Source: Candidatus Magasanikbacteria bacterium CG11_big_fil_rev_8_21_14_0_20_39_34 (lineage in GTDB: Bacteria; Patescibacteriota; Patescibacteriia; Magasanikbacterales; UBA922). From it: a stretch of DNA of 64,000 nucleotides. The stretch covers positions 86,517 to 150,516 of the forward strand of contig PCWN01000007.1 of the NCBI GenBank assembly GCA_002787355.1, read 5' to 3'. The number at the start of each line of letters is the position of its first letter. Positions within the stretch are counted from its first letter, which is position 1. The position numbers and the translations under genes were made by a program. Shown here one piece after another: positions 55,090-64,000 of the stretch. The notes under the pieces are model-generated. The model made no database searches. It was not told the origin of the DNA and saw only the letters and a program-made list of their open reading frames with translations.

Positions 55090-56199
55090 ATGACAAATTC
55101 AAAACAACATAAGGCGGATCATATTTTACTTCTGTATTTTGTTATCCTTTTGGTTGTTGGGCTTATTCTTTTGACTTCAGCTGGTTCTGCCATTGGTTTT
55201 GCAAGGTTTGGCGATAATTACTTTTTCATAAAACGACAACTTCTCTACGGTGTATTGCCAGGACTTGTTGCCTTTTTTACACTCAGTAAAATTGAGTATA
55301 CGTATTTTCGGAAAGTCATGTGGGTCATCTTTGGTCTCATGGTACTCAGTTTGTTACTTGTTTTTATACCTGGATTGGGTGCCAACTTTAGTAAAGGTGC
55401 AAAAAGTTGGCTCCAAGTTGGATCAATTTCACTTCAGCCTTCAGAATTTGCAAAATTGGGATTGATACTTTTTATGTCAGCCTTTTTAGAAAAGCAGGGG
55501 AGGAAAATAGAAAATTTTACACATGGTTTTTTAGTTTCCTTGGGAATTGGAATGGTACCTATTGTACTCATCGTACTGCAACCGGATGTAGGAACCGTTT
55601 TTATTATCTTCTCGATTTTATTTGGTTTGCTTTATGTTGGGGGGGCGAAAATTTCCCATATGGTTGCTTTGGCAGCGGCTGGAGTAGGTGGGTTTATAAC
55701 TATGATACTGATAGCTCCATATCGTGCTGCTCGTCTTACCACTTTTTTGCATCCGGAACTTGACCCTTTGGGAATTGGTTATCATATGAATCAGGCGCTT
55801 CTTGCCGTGGGGTCTGGTGGGCTTTTTGGTTTGGGACTTGGACAGTCAAGACAAAAATTTCAATATCTTCCAGAGGTTCATGCAGATAGTATTTTTGCAA
55901 TTTTTGCAGAAGAAATGGGTTTTATATTTGCGGTAGCCTTTTTGGTACTTCTGTGTGTTATTTGTTTTCGAGGTCTTATGATTGCCAAACATGCCAAGGA
56001 TGATTATGGAAAATTGGTAGTGGCAGGTATCGTGATATGGTTTATGGTACAATCATTGTTGAATATTGGAGCCATGGTAAATCTTCTGCCACTTACGGGT
56101 GTGCCACTTCCGTTTGTCAGCCACGGAGGGACAGCGCTTATGATGGGGATGGGAGCTTTAGGTATTATTATGAATATTAGTAAATATACTCATAAGTAG
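55090..56199 (+). CDS. ftsW: SEDS peptidoglycan polymerase FtsW
   Basis: QPSEFAK, QPD.GT, GSGGLFGLGLG.SRQK..YLPE.H.D.IFA...EE, GVPLPFVS.GG. Confidence 0.92.
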   Translation: MTNSKQHKADHILLLYFVILLVVGLILLTSAGSAIGFARFGDNYFFIKRQLLYGVLPGLVAFFTLSKIEYTYFRKVMWVIFGLMVLSLLLVFIPGLGANFSKGAKSWLQVGSISLQPSEFAKLGLILFMSAFLEKQGRKIENFTHGFLVSLGIGMVPIVLIVLQPDVGTVFIIFSILFGLLYVGGAKISHMVALAAAGVGGFITMILIAPYRAARLTTFLHPELDPLGIGYHMNQALLAVGSGGLFGLGLGQSRQKFQYLPEVHADSIFAIFAEEMGFIFAVAFLVLLCVICFRGLMIAKHAKDDYGKLVVAGIVIWFMVQSLLNIGAMVNLLPLTGVPLPFVSHGGTALMMGMGALGIIMNISKYTHK

Positions 56200-56210
56200 C
56201 TTTATATATT

Positions 56211-56795
56211 ATGATCCCAAATCTAAAAAAACGACCAATTTTCCCCATTCTCAACTTTATTGTAAATATCTTTCTTTTTGTTATGGTAATTTGTTTATTA
56301 CAGGAAGTATCAACATTAAATGATCTTATTTCACAGAATTCATTATTTGATTCTCAATCTTTAAACAAGACTTTGCACAAAGATACGGGTGAGAATAGTT
56401 TTACTTCCAAAGAGGGGGATTTTCATTTCATTGTTCCAGATGGGTATAAGGTAACTGGTTCTGAAGGCGAATATTTGGTTATCCATCAAGATGCAGAACA
56501 ATATAGTATGATTCCAGAGATGAGCATACACAAATATGAAATTTCAAGGGAAGAATACTTGACTGGTATAAAAAAGATTCATAACAATGTAGTGGTTGAA
56601 AAATTTATAACGGGTAAAGACACAATTGGATGGAAAATAGTATATACCTATAAATACCCTGGTATGGAAATTGAAGCATATGCCACAGTCTATATTTTTG
56701 AGAAGGATGGACAAGTTATCGAACTTTCTACATGGGAAAATTTACAATGGGATTATTTTGATAGTGTGGCAGAGTCCTTCACTTTAATAAAGTAG
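56211..56795 (+). CDS. Membrane-anchored hypothetical protein (possibly PsbP-like fold)
   Basis: N-terminal TM, F.F.VP.GY, F.....SF C-terminus. Confidence 0.55.
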   Translation: MIPNLKKRPIFPILNFIVNIFLFVMVICLLQEVSTLNDLISQNSLFDSQSLNKTLHKDTGENSFTSKEGDFHFIVPDGYKVTGSEGEYLVIHQDAEQYSMIPEMSIHKYEISREEYLTGIKKIHNNVVVEKFITGKDTIGWKIVYTYKYPGMEIEAYATVYIFEKDGQVIELSTWENLQWDYFDSVAESFTLIK

Positions 56796-56800
56796 AAGAT

Positions 56801-57874
56801 ATGAAAATATTACTTTCTGGGGGAGGAACACTCGGTCCTGTAACACCACTCCTTGCTATTGCAGATATTGTATTGGAACATACCCCAGATGCGCAGTTTG
56901 TGTTTGTTGGAACAAAAGGTGGACCCGAGAGGGATATTGTTCAAGAAAAAGGAATCCCTTTTTATTCAATTACCTCAGGAAAGCTACGGAGGTATTTTTC
57001 TTTACTCAATTTTATAGATCTCTTTAAATTTTTAAAGGGATTTTTGGATTCCATAAAAATTATTTGGCTTGAAAAACCAGATCTTTGCATATCCGCCGGT
57101 GGATATAATTCTGTACCATTGCATATTGTTTCTTGGTTTTTTGGAATTCCCACATGGATTCACCAACAAGATCTACGGGTGGGACTTTCCAATAAAATTA
57201 TGGCCCCTTTTTCCAAGTGCATTACGGTTGCTTTGCAGGAGAATGTAAAGAAATTTTCCAACCGGAAAACGATTCTTTTGGGGAATCCAGTTCGGCAAGA
57301 TATTTTAAATGGAGATAAATCTTTAGCGAGAAAACGATTTGGATTGAAAAACAATATGCCAGTTGTTTTTTGTATGGGAGGGGGAACGGGCTCTCAACGT
57401 ATAAATGAAATAATTCTTCAAGCACTTCCACATCTTCAGGATTCTGTACAGATAGTGCACGTTGTTGGAAAAGACAGGGGTGTACAAATTGCAAAAAAAG
57501 CAAGCACCATTTATAAAAATTATCATCCCTATGCACTCTTTACCAGTGAAATGAAAGATGCTTATGCTGTGAGCGATATCATTATAAGTAGAGGAGGATT
57601 TGGGAGCCTTACAGAAATTGCTGCCGTTAAAAAGCCAGCAATTATTATTCCCAAGTCCGGACACCAGGTAGAAAATGTGGCCTTTTTGGCGGAGAGGAAA
57701 GCCGTTTTACTCTGTAATGAGGATGCTTTGGATGGAAATATTTTAAGTGGGCGGATCAAAAATCTTTTACTTTCGCCAGATGAGGGGAAAAGAATGGTTG
57801 AAAATCTAGAAAAAAATTTTCGTATTGCCAATACCTTTGAAGTTGAATTGATCGTAAATAGATTAACTCGATAA
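56801..57874 (+). CDS. murG: Lipid II GlcNAc transferase MurG
   Basis: GGGT.G...P, GGY.S.P, GNPVR, GG..GS..IN, SRGG, HQ..N. Confidence 0.93.
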   Translation: MKILLSGGGTLGPVTPLLAIADIVLEHTPDAQFVFVGTKGGPERDIVQEKGIPFYSITSGKLRRYFSLLNFIDLFKFLKGFLDSIKIIWLEKPDLCISAGGYNSVPLHIVSWFFGIPTWIHQQDLRVGLSNKIMAPFSKCITVALQENVKKFSNRKTILLGNPVRQDILNGDKSLARKRFGLKNNMPVVFCMGGGTGSQRINEIILQALPHLQDSVQIVHVVGKDRGVQIAKKASTIYKNYHPYALFTSEMKDAYAVSDIIISRGGFGSLTEIAAVKKPAIIIPKSGHQVENVAFLAERKAVLLCNEDALDGNILSGRIKNLLLSPDEGKRMVENLEKNFRIANTFEVELIVNRLTR

Positions 57875-57876
57875 AT

Positions 57877-57910
57877 AAAAAAGCACCGATGTTTAGTCAG
57901 TGCTTTTTTT
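57877..57910. terminator. Bidirectional terminator
   Basis: AAAAAAGCAC/GTGCTTTTTT. Confidence 0.75.
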
Positions 57911-58050
57911 AGTCGTTATAGGATCCAGTTACACCGAGTACAGTCGTGCCTCTGTTGATATCCTACCTCATCCTGTACTCGAGTGAACCAGAATGCGAAA
58001 GAGCTATACGGTCTAGCATAAATTGGTTTTAAAAATTACTCTTTCTACTT
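57880..58050 (-). ncRNA. Candidate small structured RNA (or 18-aa peptide mRNA)
   Basis: Promoter-like TTGACT-18-TACTGT (58082-58053), about 106-nt rod-like fold 57910-58015, ends at a terminator. Confidence 0.4.
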
Positions 58051-58154
58051 CTACAGTAGCATGAAGTATGAAAAGAAGTCAAGAAAAAATACATAAGAAA
58101 ATGGAGCTAAATTAAGCTGTTGAGATTGAAGTTATGCACAGGTGTATATAGGCC

Positions 58155-58183
58155 TTGATTTTTTTGAAAAAATGTGCTACAAT
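58155..58183 (+). promoter_or_regulatory. Promoter of metal-efflux locus
   Basis: TTGATT-17-TACAAT with extended TG; ATG 10 nt downstream. Confidence 0.6.
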
Positions 58184-58192
58184 TACCGTGAT

Positions 58193-58615
58193 ATGTTTAG
58201 TATTAAAGCAAAAAATTTACGGGTACTCACCTTTCTGGTATTGGCTTCTTTGCTGTTTTTCTGTAAAGGGGCGTCTTTGAATATGGCTTTTGGATCACTT
58301 GCACCGTTTGGCTCACACTCCATGCATTCTATGAGTCATTCAACAGATACCCAGGAAGGAATGGACTGTTGCGGTGTCGTTGGAAGTAACTATAATATAG
58401 ATTTTGTTTCTCCAGCAGCTTTGTCTGTATTAGCTTCAGTCGTACTCCTTGGGATTGTTTTTATTGCTCTTGTAAGAATATTTTTTGAAAATGGCTATGC
58501 GGAAATTTTGAAGGTTAAATTGAGATCTCGGTCGGTGTTGTTTGGACAGGGGATACTTCCAAAGTATATAGCTTTACTGTTTCAGAGAGGAATTTTGCAT
58601 CCAAAAACATACTAG
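58193..58615 (+). CDS. His/Met/Cys-rich two-TM protein ending GILHPKTY (candidate metal-sensing leader)
   Basis: TM-HSMHSMSH...MDCC-TM architecture upstream of cusBA-like genes. Confidence 0.65.
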   Translation: MFSIKAKNLRVLTFLVLASLLFFCKGASLNMAFGSLAPFGSHSMHSMSHSTDTQEGMDCCGVVGSNYNIDFVSPAALSVLASVVLLGIVFIALVRIFFENGYAEILKVKLRSRSVLFGQGILPKYIALLFQRGILHPKTY

Positions 58616-58623
58616 TTTGATAT

Positions 58624-58670
58624 AAACTCCGTTTTTTCGTACATGAATTGTATGGATACGGAGTTTTTTT
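58624..58670 (+). terminator. Terminator/attenuator hairpin between leader gene and MFP
   Basis: AAACTCCGT/ACGGAGTTT plus T run. Confidence 0.6.
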
Positions 58671-58694
58671 GTATCATATTTAAATCAAACTCGT

Positions 58695-60605
58695 ATGAAA
58701 AAAATGAATTTTATAGCAGATATACACCAAAAGCGAATAAAGGAGATTCTTCTTACAAAAAAATATGTAATTGGAGGTATTATATGCGTCCTTCTGATAG
58801 GTGGAGTATCCTTTGGAAAGGTTTCCGGTGTATCTAAAGAAAATGAAAATACGGATATTCAAACTCCCCAAAAAACAGCATATAACTTCATATATCCAGA
58901 AAAGATTCATGATGAAGAGATTCAGCTCATTGGTCGTGTTTTGTCGCACGAAACAGCAAGTGTATTTCCAAGAAGATCTGGTATTGTAGGTGATATTTTA
59001 GCTGACATTGGTGACTCGGTAAAAAAAGGTGATGTTTTGGCCTATCTTCTTCCAGAAGGTGTGGAAAATGAATCATCTTTGGAGGTAGAGACACAAAGAA
59101 ATGCCATGCAAAAAGCAAAGGATGAATATGAAAATACGCAGCTTTTAGAACAGGCTGGTATTGATAGAATGGAACAAAAAGTTGAAGAAAAATTTGTGAA
59201 TTTAAGAACAATAAAAAACGACAACTATAGTTCTCAGGATAATGGACTGCGTATGGAGAATGAAGAAATTAATCTTGCAGAAGCAAAATTATCTGTTTTG
59301 GAAACTCAATTGAATAAAGCAGAGAATAATCGTGATGCAAAGTTGCAAGAAAGTAAAAACTCTATAGAAAATGCACAGGATACGGTATATGTTGCCCTAC
59401 AGCATACATATCAGACCGCTCTTGATGTGATGGGGGGTGGAAGTGGCCGATTTGATGAAGGAAGTAATCGTGTAATATCTGAGAATGATCTTAACCCAAG
59501 TTTGGGTATACTTGACGTAAATGTGAGAAATGAAGTGGTAGCAAATTTTAATAACTATCGAAAAGCTTTATACGTCTACGGGATAACCACTGATGAAGAT
59601 TATTTTACTGCCATAGAGGGTGGAAAAGAACTTCTCATGACATTGCAGAGACTTATTGATGCCTCTTCGTCAAGTGGAAAACTTTCTTCATCTATGATAA
59701 ATGATCTTTCCAATAAGATCCATCTCAGTCAAGATAAAATTGATAGTGCAAGTGAAAAGCTACAAAAGGCCAAGGACAGCTATACGGTTATACAAGCAGA
59801 TGTAGTTGATGCAGTTTCTATTCTTAAAAGACAATGGGAGGAGCAAAAACAAAATATTGCACTATTACAAAGTAAGTGGCAAAAAAGTAAAAGTCAGGTT
59901 GAATCACAAATTTCTCTTACTGAATCAGGCATTGAACAAATGCAAAAGGAACTTGAGTATACTCGTGCTATGGCGCAAAAAAATATTGATGCAGCAAAGA
60001 ATCAGTATAATATTGCCAATACGGCATATCTAAAAGTTGCAGCACAAAAGGGTCATACAGCACTTATTTCTCCATTTTCTGGTATTGTATCAAAACGAAG
60101 TATTGAGGTTGGACAAAATATTATGATGTCTCAATCTGCATTTGAATTGGTAGATGTAGATACGAGCCTATCCCAGAAAGCAAAGAATGAAATTCAATTT
60201 GGTCTTCCAGAGGATCTCCAAACTATTTTATCTCTTGATGATGAAATTACTTTCTTTTTGCCAGAACAGGAGACAAAGTTATATAGAGCACGGGTAACAA
60301 GAATCAGTCCACAAGTTGATTCGGAACTTCATACCTTTACGGTACAGGCTAAGTTATTGGATGATATTTCGTTGCCACACCACACAAGTGTCCAGGTAAA
60401 AATTTCAACAGGAGAAAAGAAAAGTTATAGAGTTGATTCTTCTGTACTCAAACGTGAAAACAATCAAAATTATGTATGGATACTTAAAACAGACGAACCG
60501 GAGCGTTTGTACGTAGATGTTATAGAAGAAGATGGAGAGTTTGCAGAAATCACAGGAGATATCAATGAGCAAACAAAGATTGTTCTTAACTATTATGGAA
60601 AATAG
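58695..60605 (+). CDS. RND efflux periplasmic adaptor (MFP) with very long coiled coil
   Basis: Lipoyl-like halves G.V..I...IGDSVKKGD.L and ISPFSG.V; V.RISP.VD. Confidence 0.8.
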   Translation: MKKMNFIADIHQKRIKEILLTKKYVIGGIICVLLIGGVSFGKVSGVSKENENTDIQTPQKTAYNFIYPEKIHDEEIQLIGRVLSHETASVFPRRSGIVGDILADIGDSVKKGDVLAYLLPEGVENESSLEVETQRNAMQKAKDEYENTQLLEQAGIDRMEQKVEEKFVNLRTIKNDNYSSQDNGLRMENEEINLAEAKLSVLETQLNKAENNRDAKLQESKNSIENAQDTVYVALQHTYQTALDVMGGGSGRFDEGSNRVISENDLNPSLGILDVNVRNEVVANFNNYRKALYVYGITTDEDYFTAIEGGKELLMTLQRLIDASSSSGKLSSSMINDLSNKIHLSQDKIDSASEKLQKAKDSYTVIQADVVDAVSILKRQWEEQKQNIALLQSKWQKSKSQVESQISLTESGIEQMQKELEYTRAMAQKNIDAAKNQYNIANTAYLKVAAQKGHTALISPFSGIVSKRSIEVGQNIMMSQSAFELVDVDTSLSQKAKNEIQFGLPEDLQTILSLDDEITFFLPEQETKLYRARVTRISPQVDSELHTFTVQAKLLDDISLPHHTSVQVKISTGEKKSYRVDSSVLKRENNQNYVWILKTDEPERLYVDVIEEDGEFAEITGDINEQTKIVLNYYGK

Positions 60606-60606
60606 T

Positions 60607-63600
60607 ATGATAAATAAACTTATCAGATGGTCTTTCCATAATCGGTTCATTACCATACTCCTTTTTGTGGTTATTACAGGACTTGGTATTTGGGTTTTGT
60701 ATAAAACACCTATTGATGCGCTTCCGGATCTCTCAGAAAATCAAGTTATTATTATGACTGAGTGGTCTGGACAAAGTCCTCAAAATATTGAGGATCAGGT
60801 GACATATCCACTTACGGTAGCAATGCAGGGGCTTGCCGGTGTAAAAGATATCCGAGCAATGTCACAACTTGGAGTTTCAATGGTTACGGTTATTTTCAAT
60901 GATGATGTTGATCTCTATTTTGCAAGAGATAGAGTATCGGAAAGATTAAATACCGTAAGAAAAATTCTTCCGTCCAGTGTTATGCCGATACTTGGTCCAG
61001 ATGCAACAGGACTGGGGCAAATATTTATGTATACCTTAGAAAGTAAGGATCTTTCTTTGACTCAATTACGTTCACTTCAGGATTTTCAAGTGCAATATGC
61101 ACTGCAGAGTGTGGATGGAGTGGCAGAGGTTGCATCAGTTGGTGGATATGTAAAAACGTATCAAGTTGTTCTTGATCCTATAAAGTTGGATCAATATTCA
61201 CTAAAAATTCAAGACGTTATTTCTCAAATTCAAATGGGAAATAATAATGTATCAGGAAAAGTAGTGGACACAGGAGAGAGAGAAATATCCGTTCAGGGGA
61301 TTGGTTTTTTTCAGAATAAACAAGATATTGCAAGCCTGGTAGTAAAAGTTAAGGGTGATGGTACGGCGCTTACTATAGAGGATATTGGTGATGTACGTGA
61401 ATCAGGATCTTTTCGTAGGTCTATTCTTGCAGATGATACATCTGAAAAAATTGGTGGGGTGATTGTCATGCGTTATGGAGGTAATCCGCTAGAAGTGATA
61501 AAGAGAGTAAAAGAAAAAATAGCAGAGCTTGAAAAATCGTTGCCACAAGGTGTAAAAATTGTTCCCTTTTATGATAGAACAAAATTGATTGAATCTGCCG
61601 TAGAAACTATGCAAGGCGTTCTTGTACAAGAATTAATTATCACAGCATTCATTCTTGCGCTTTTTCTAATGAGCTTTGGGGCAACAATTATAACGGCTAT
61701 TTCTCTTGTTATTGGAGTCTTGATTGCCTTTATCATAATGTATTTTGGTAAAATTCCATCAAATATTATGAGTTTGGGAGGAATCGCAATTGCTGTTGGA
61801 ACAATGGTAGATTCGGCAATTGTTATCATTGAAAACATATACAGAAAGTTATTGGAAAGCAATGTAAAAACACAAAAAGAAAGATTGGAAAAAATACTTG
61901 AGGCTACTCTTGAAGTTGGAAAACCTATTGTTTTTGCAATATTTATCATTATTCTTTCATTTATCCCGATTTTTAGTTTGGAAGGAATGGAAGGAAAACT
62001 CTTTTCACCACTTGCATATACGAATATGTTTGCAATGCTTGGTGCATTAATAACGGCACTGTTTTTAGTTCCGGCATTAGCTGTTTTCTTTCTCAAGGGG
62101 CGTTTAAGAAATGATGAGGAAATACGTATTGTACATTTCTGCAAAAAAATATACGAACCAATTCTCAAAAAGGCGCTTGAATATCGAAAAATGACCATTC
62201 TCTTGATGGTTGGTCTCCTGGGAATAGGTGGAATTATTATGACTCAAATTGGAAGTGAGTTTATGCCACCACTTGATGAAGGGGCTATTATGTACATGCC
62301 CATGACGGTTCCTAATGTTTCAGAGCGTCGTGCACAAGAACTTTTATTGCAAACCAATGCAATTATTGCCCAAATTCCAGAAGTAGAAAATGTAGTTGGA
62401 AAGTCAGGACGCGCGAGTACGGCAACAGACCCAGCTCCTCTGTCTATGATTGAAACATTTATTACGCTCAAACCAAAGTCTGAATGGAGAAAGGGAATAA
62501 AGAAGGAAGATATCATAGTGGAACTCAATCGAAAAATTAAAATTGATAAACTTTGGAATGGATTCACACAGCCAATTATAGGTCGTGTGGACATGCTTTC
62601 TACTGGAATTCGTGCGCAGGTAGGAATAAAAATATTTGGAGATGATACGGCTAAACTTGAAGAAATTGCGGTTGAAGTTGAAAAATATATGAATCAAATC
62701 CCTGGTGCCTCTGGGGTCGCTGCAATTCGTACGAGTGGTCTAAAATATCTCAATATTGATCTGGATGAAGGAAGGCTAGCACAATTTGGAATACCAAAAA
62801 TGGATGCACTTACGTTAATTTCTTCAGGAGTAGGTGGAAACATAGTAAGTTATACCATTGAAGGTCGAGAAAGGTATGGAGTAGAAGTACGTCTTAAACA
62901 AGATTTTCGACAGGATACCGATGATATAAAGTCACTCCAGTTAACAGGAAAGGGAGGAAATAAAGTACCATTATCAAGTGTTGCAGATATTCGTTTGGAA
63001 AATGGACCGGCTACCATAAATAGTGAGGATGGACGTATTAGGAGTGCTGTTCAGATGAATGTTGTCGGAACAGATCTGGCTTCATTTGTTAAAGAGGGAC
63101 AAAAATTTCTTTCGCAAAATCTTGAGCTTCCCGAGGGATATTCTATCCAGTGGAGTGGACAATATGAAAATCAGCTTCGCGCAAAGAAGCGGTTATCCAT
63201 TATTGTTCCCATTGTAATCTTTATTATATTCCTTATCTTATACCTTACATACAAGGATTTTGGGCTGGTATCTATTGTGATGCTCTCGATTCCTATTTCT
63301 ATGGTGGGAGGAATTATATCACTCTACATTGCGCATTTTAATTTTTCGGTTGCTGTCTGGGTAGGATTCATTTCTCTATTTGGAAATGCCGTTGAGACGG
63401 GAGTTGTTATTGTGGTATATTTGGAAAATGCATATAGAAAGAAATTTGGTATGAGTCTCATAGATGATGATAAAGAGGAAAAAGATATATCAAAGCTCCC
63501 AATAACAAAGGAAGGAATCCATGAGGCTATTCTTGAAGGAGCTACTTTGAGGTTGAGGCCAGTCTTGATGACTGCATTTACATCAGTAATAGGGCTCTTT

Positions 63601-63756
63601 CCTATGCTTTATGCAGCTGGAGTTGGTGCGGAAGTTCAGAAACCCTTGGCTATCGTGGTTGTTGGTGGTCTGACAACATCTGTTATTCTTACACTTATTG
63701 TTATACCGGTACTTTTCAGTGGCCTCAGGGAAAGAAAAATTAAAAATAATTCATAA
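60607..63756 (+). CDS. cusA: CusA/CzcA family heavy-metal RND permease
   Basis: PIDALPDLSENQV, GPDATGLG, SLGGIAIAVGTMVD, GSEFMPPLDEG, DPAPLSM.ET, RVDMLSTG, RLRPVLMT. Confidence 0.93.
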   Translation: MINKLIRWSFHNRFITILLFVVITGLGIWVLYKTPIDALPDLSENQVIIMTEWSGQSPQNIEDQVTYPLTVAMQGLAGVKDIRAMSQLGVSMVTVIFNDDVDLYFARDRVSERLNTVRKILPSSVMPILGPDATGLGQIFMYTLESKDLSLTQLRSLQDFQVQYALQSVDGVAEVASVGGYVKTYQVVLDPIKLDQYSLKIQDVISQIQMGNNNVSGKVVDTGEREISVQGIGFFQNKQDIASLVVKVKGDGTALTIEDIGDVRESGSFRRSILADDTSEKIGGVIVMRYGGNPLEVIKRVKEKIAELEKSLPQGVKIVPFYDRTKLIESAVETMQGVLVQELIITAFILALFLMSFGATIITAISLVIGVLIAFIIMYFGKIPSNIMSLGGIAIAVGTMVDSAIVIIENIYRKLLESNVKTQKERLEKILEATLEVGKPIVFAIFIIILSFIPIFSLEGMEGKLFSPLAYTNMFAMLGALITALFLVPALAVFFLKGRLRNDEEIRIVHFCKKIYEPILKKALEYRKMTILLMVGLLGIGGIIMTQIGSEFMPPLDEGAIMYMPMTVPNVSERRAQELLLQTNAIIAQIPEVENVVGKSGRASTATDPAPLSMIETFITLKPKSEWRKGIKKEDIIVELNRKIKIDKLWNGFTQPIIGRVDMLSTGIRAQVGIKIFGDDTAKLEEIAVEVEKYMNQIPGASGVAAIRTSGLKYLNIDLDEGRLAQFGIPKMDALTLISSGVGGNIVSYTIEGRERYGVEVRLKQDFRQDTDDIKSLQLTGKGGNKVPLSSVADIRLENGPATINSEDGRIRSAVQMNVVGTDLASFVKEGQKFLSQNLELPEGYSIQWSGQYENQLRAKKRLSIIVPIVIFIIFLILYLTYKDFGLVSIVMLSIPISMVGGIISLYIAHFNFSVAVWVGFISLFGNAVETGVVIVVYLENAYRKKFGMSLIDDDKEEKDISKLPITKEGIHEAILEGATLRLRPVLMTAFTSVIGLFPMLYAAGVGAEVQKPLAIVVVGGLTTSVILTLIVIPVLFSGLRERKIKNNS

Positions 63757-63814
63757 TAAAATGCCTATGTAAAAATTTTATTTTTGTATAATCATTAATA
63801 TTATCAGTAAAAAT

Positions 63815-64000
63815 ATGAAGAATAAAAAATTGTTATCACTTACTACTGTATCATTTTTAGGACTTCTCTTGTTCATGGGGGCAGGATGTTCAAAAGATCA
63901 ACCACTTACAGAAGAACAGCAGGCAAAAAAGTATAATGTGAGTTTAGAAGAATATCGTCAAATGAAGGATACTGCGGCGAGAATGAACATGACAGTTGAA
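63815..64000 (+). CDS. Lipoprotein, truncated by window edge
   Basis: Manual translation MKNKKLLSLTTVSFLGLLLFMGAGC...; GAGC lipobox. Confidence 0.75.
   Translation, partial: MKNKKLLSLTTVSFLGLLLFMGAGCSKDQPLTEEQQAKKYNVSLEEYRQMKDTAARMNMTVE

Noticed and set aside
57909-58019. Amber read-through extending the 18-aa ORF to the terminator
   Set aside because: A further 17 open codons is easily expected by chance and there is no other sign of TAG recoding.
1-64000. Alternative genetic code (TGA=Gly as in Gracilibacteria)
   Set aside because: Long conserved genes (secA, cusA, murA) are intact in code 11 and TGA serves as a normal stop for some genes.
1-64000. CRISPR array, tRNA/rRNA genes, DGR or retron, IS transposase
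   Set aside because: No regularly spaced direct repeats, cloverleaf or rRNA signatures, reverse transcriptase or transposase ORFs were recognised by eye.

Overview
AT-rich bacterial chromosomal DNA read in genetic code 11, most likely from a Patescibacteria/CPR genome. Supporting signs are few Shine-Dalgarno motifs, a parvulin-inserted SecD, a GAGC-lipobox lipoprotein and scattered cell-wall genes; the taxonomy is inference. Positions 1-17.3 kb hold about 28 short accessory genes, all but one on the + strand. The first 7 kb keep attC-like sites, including one cassette bounded by GTTAGGC...GCCTAAC, which points to a decaying integron cassette array with no integrase in the window. Positions 17-34 kb hold a LysW-like gene, a minus-strand cell-wall cluster (ATP-grasp, NlpC/P60-like, mraY, Ate/Bpt-like, mpl, HAD), murB, hpf, secA, secD, secF and a Dus enzyme. 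Positions 34-50 kb hold a glycosyltransferase/redox-membrane operon, rfbB, an FdtA-like cupin, rhodanese-U32-ferredoxin, rfbD and four GT2 genes. Positions 50-64 kb hold a PEGA protein, murA, a CtpA protease, a riboflavin kinase, rpmA, ftsW, murG and a CusBA-like metal efflux pair. The most striking anomaly is two single-gene, high-GC units (about 14.65-15.05 kb and 43.73-44.69 kb). Each has an AT-rich sigma70 promoter, a GC-rich orphan ORF and a similar 3' module (CCCCCACCT, a C-rich-loop hairpin and a terminator), with no mobility genes nearby. All product calls come from motif recognition by eye; no searches were run.
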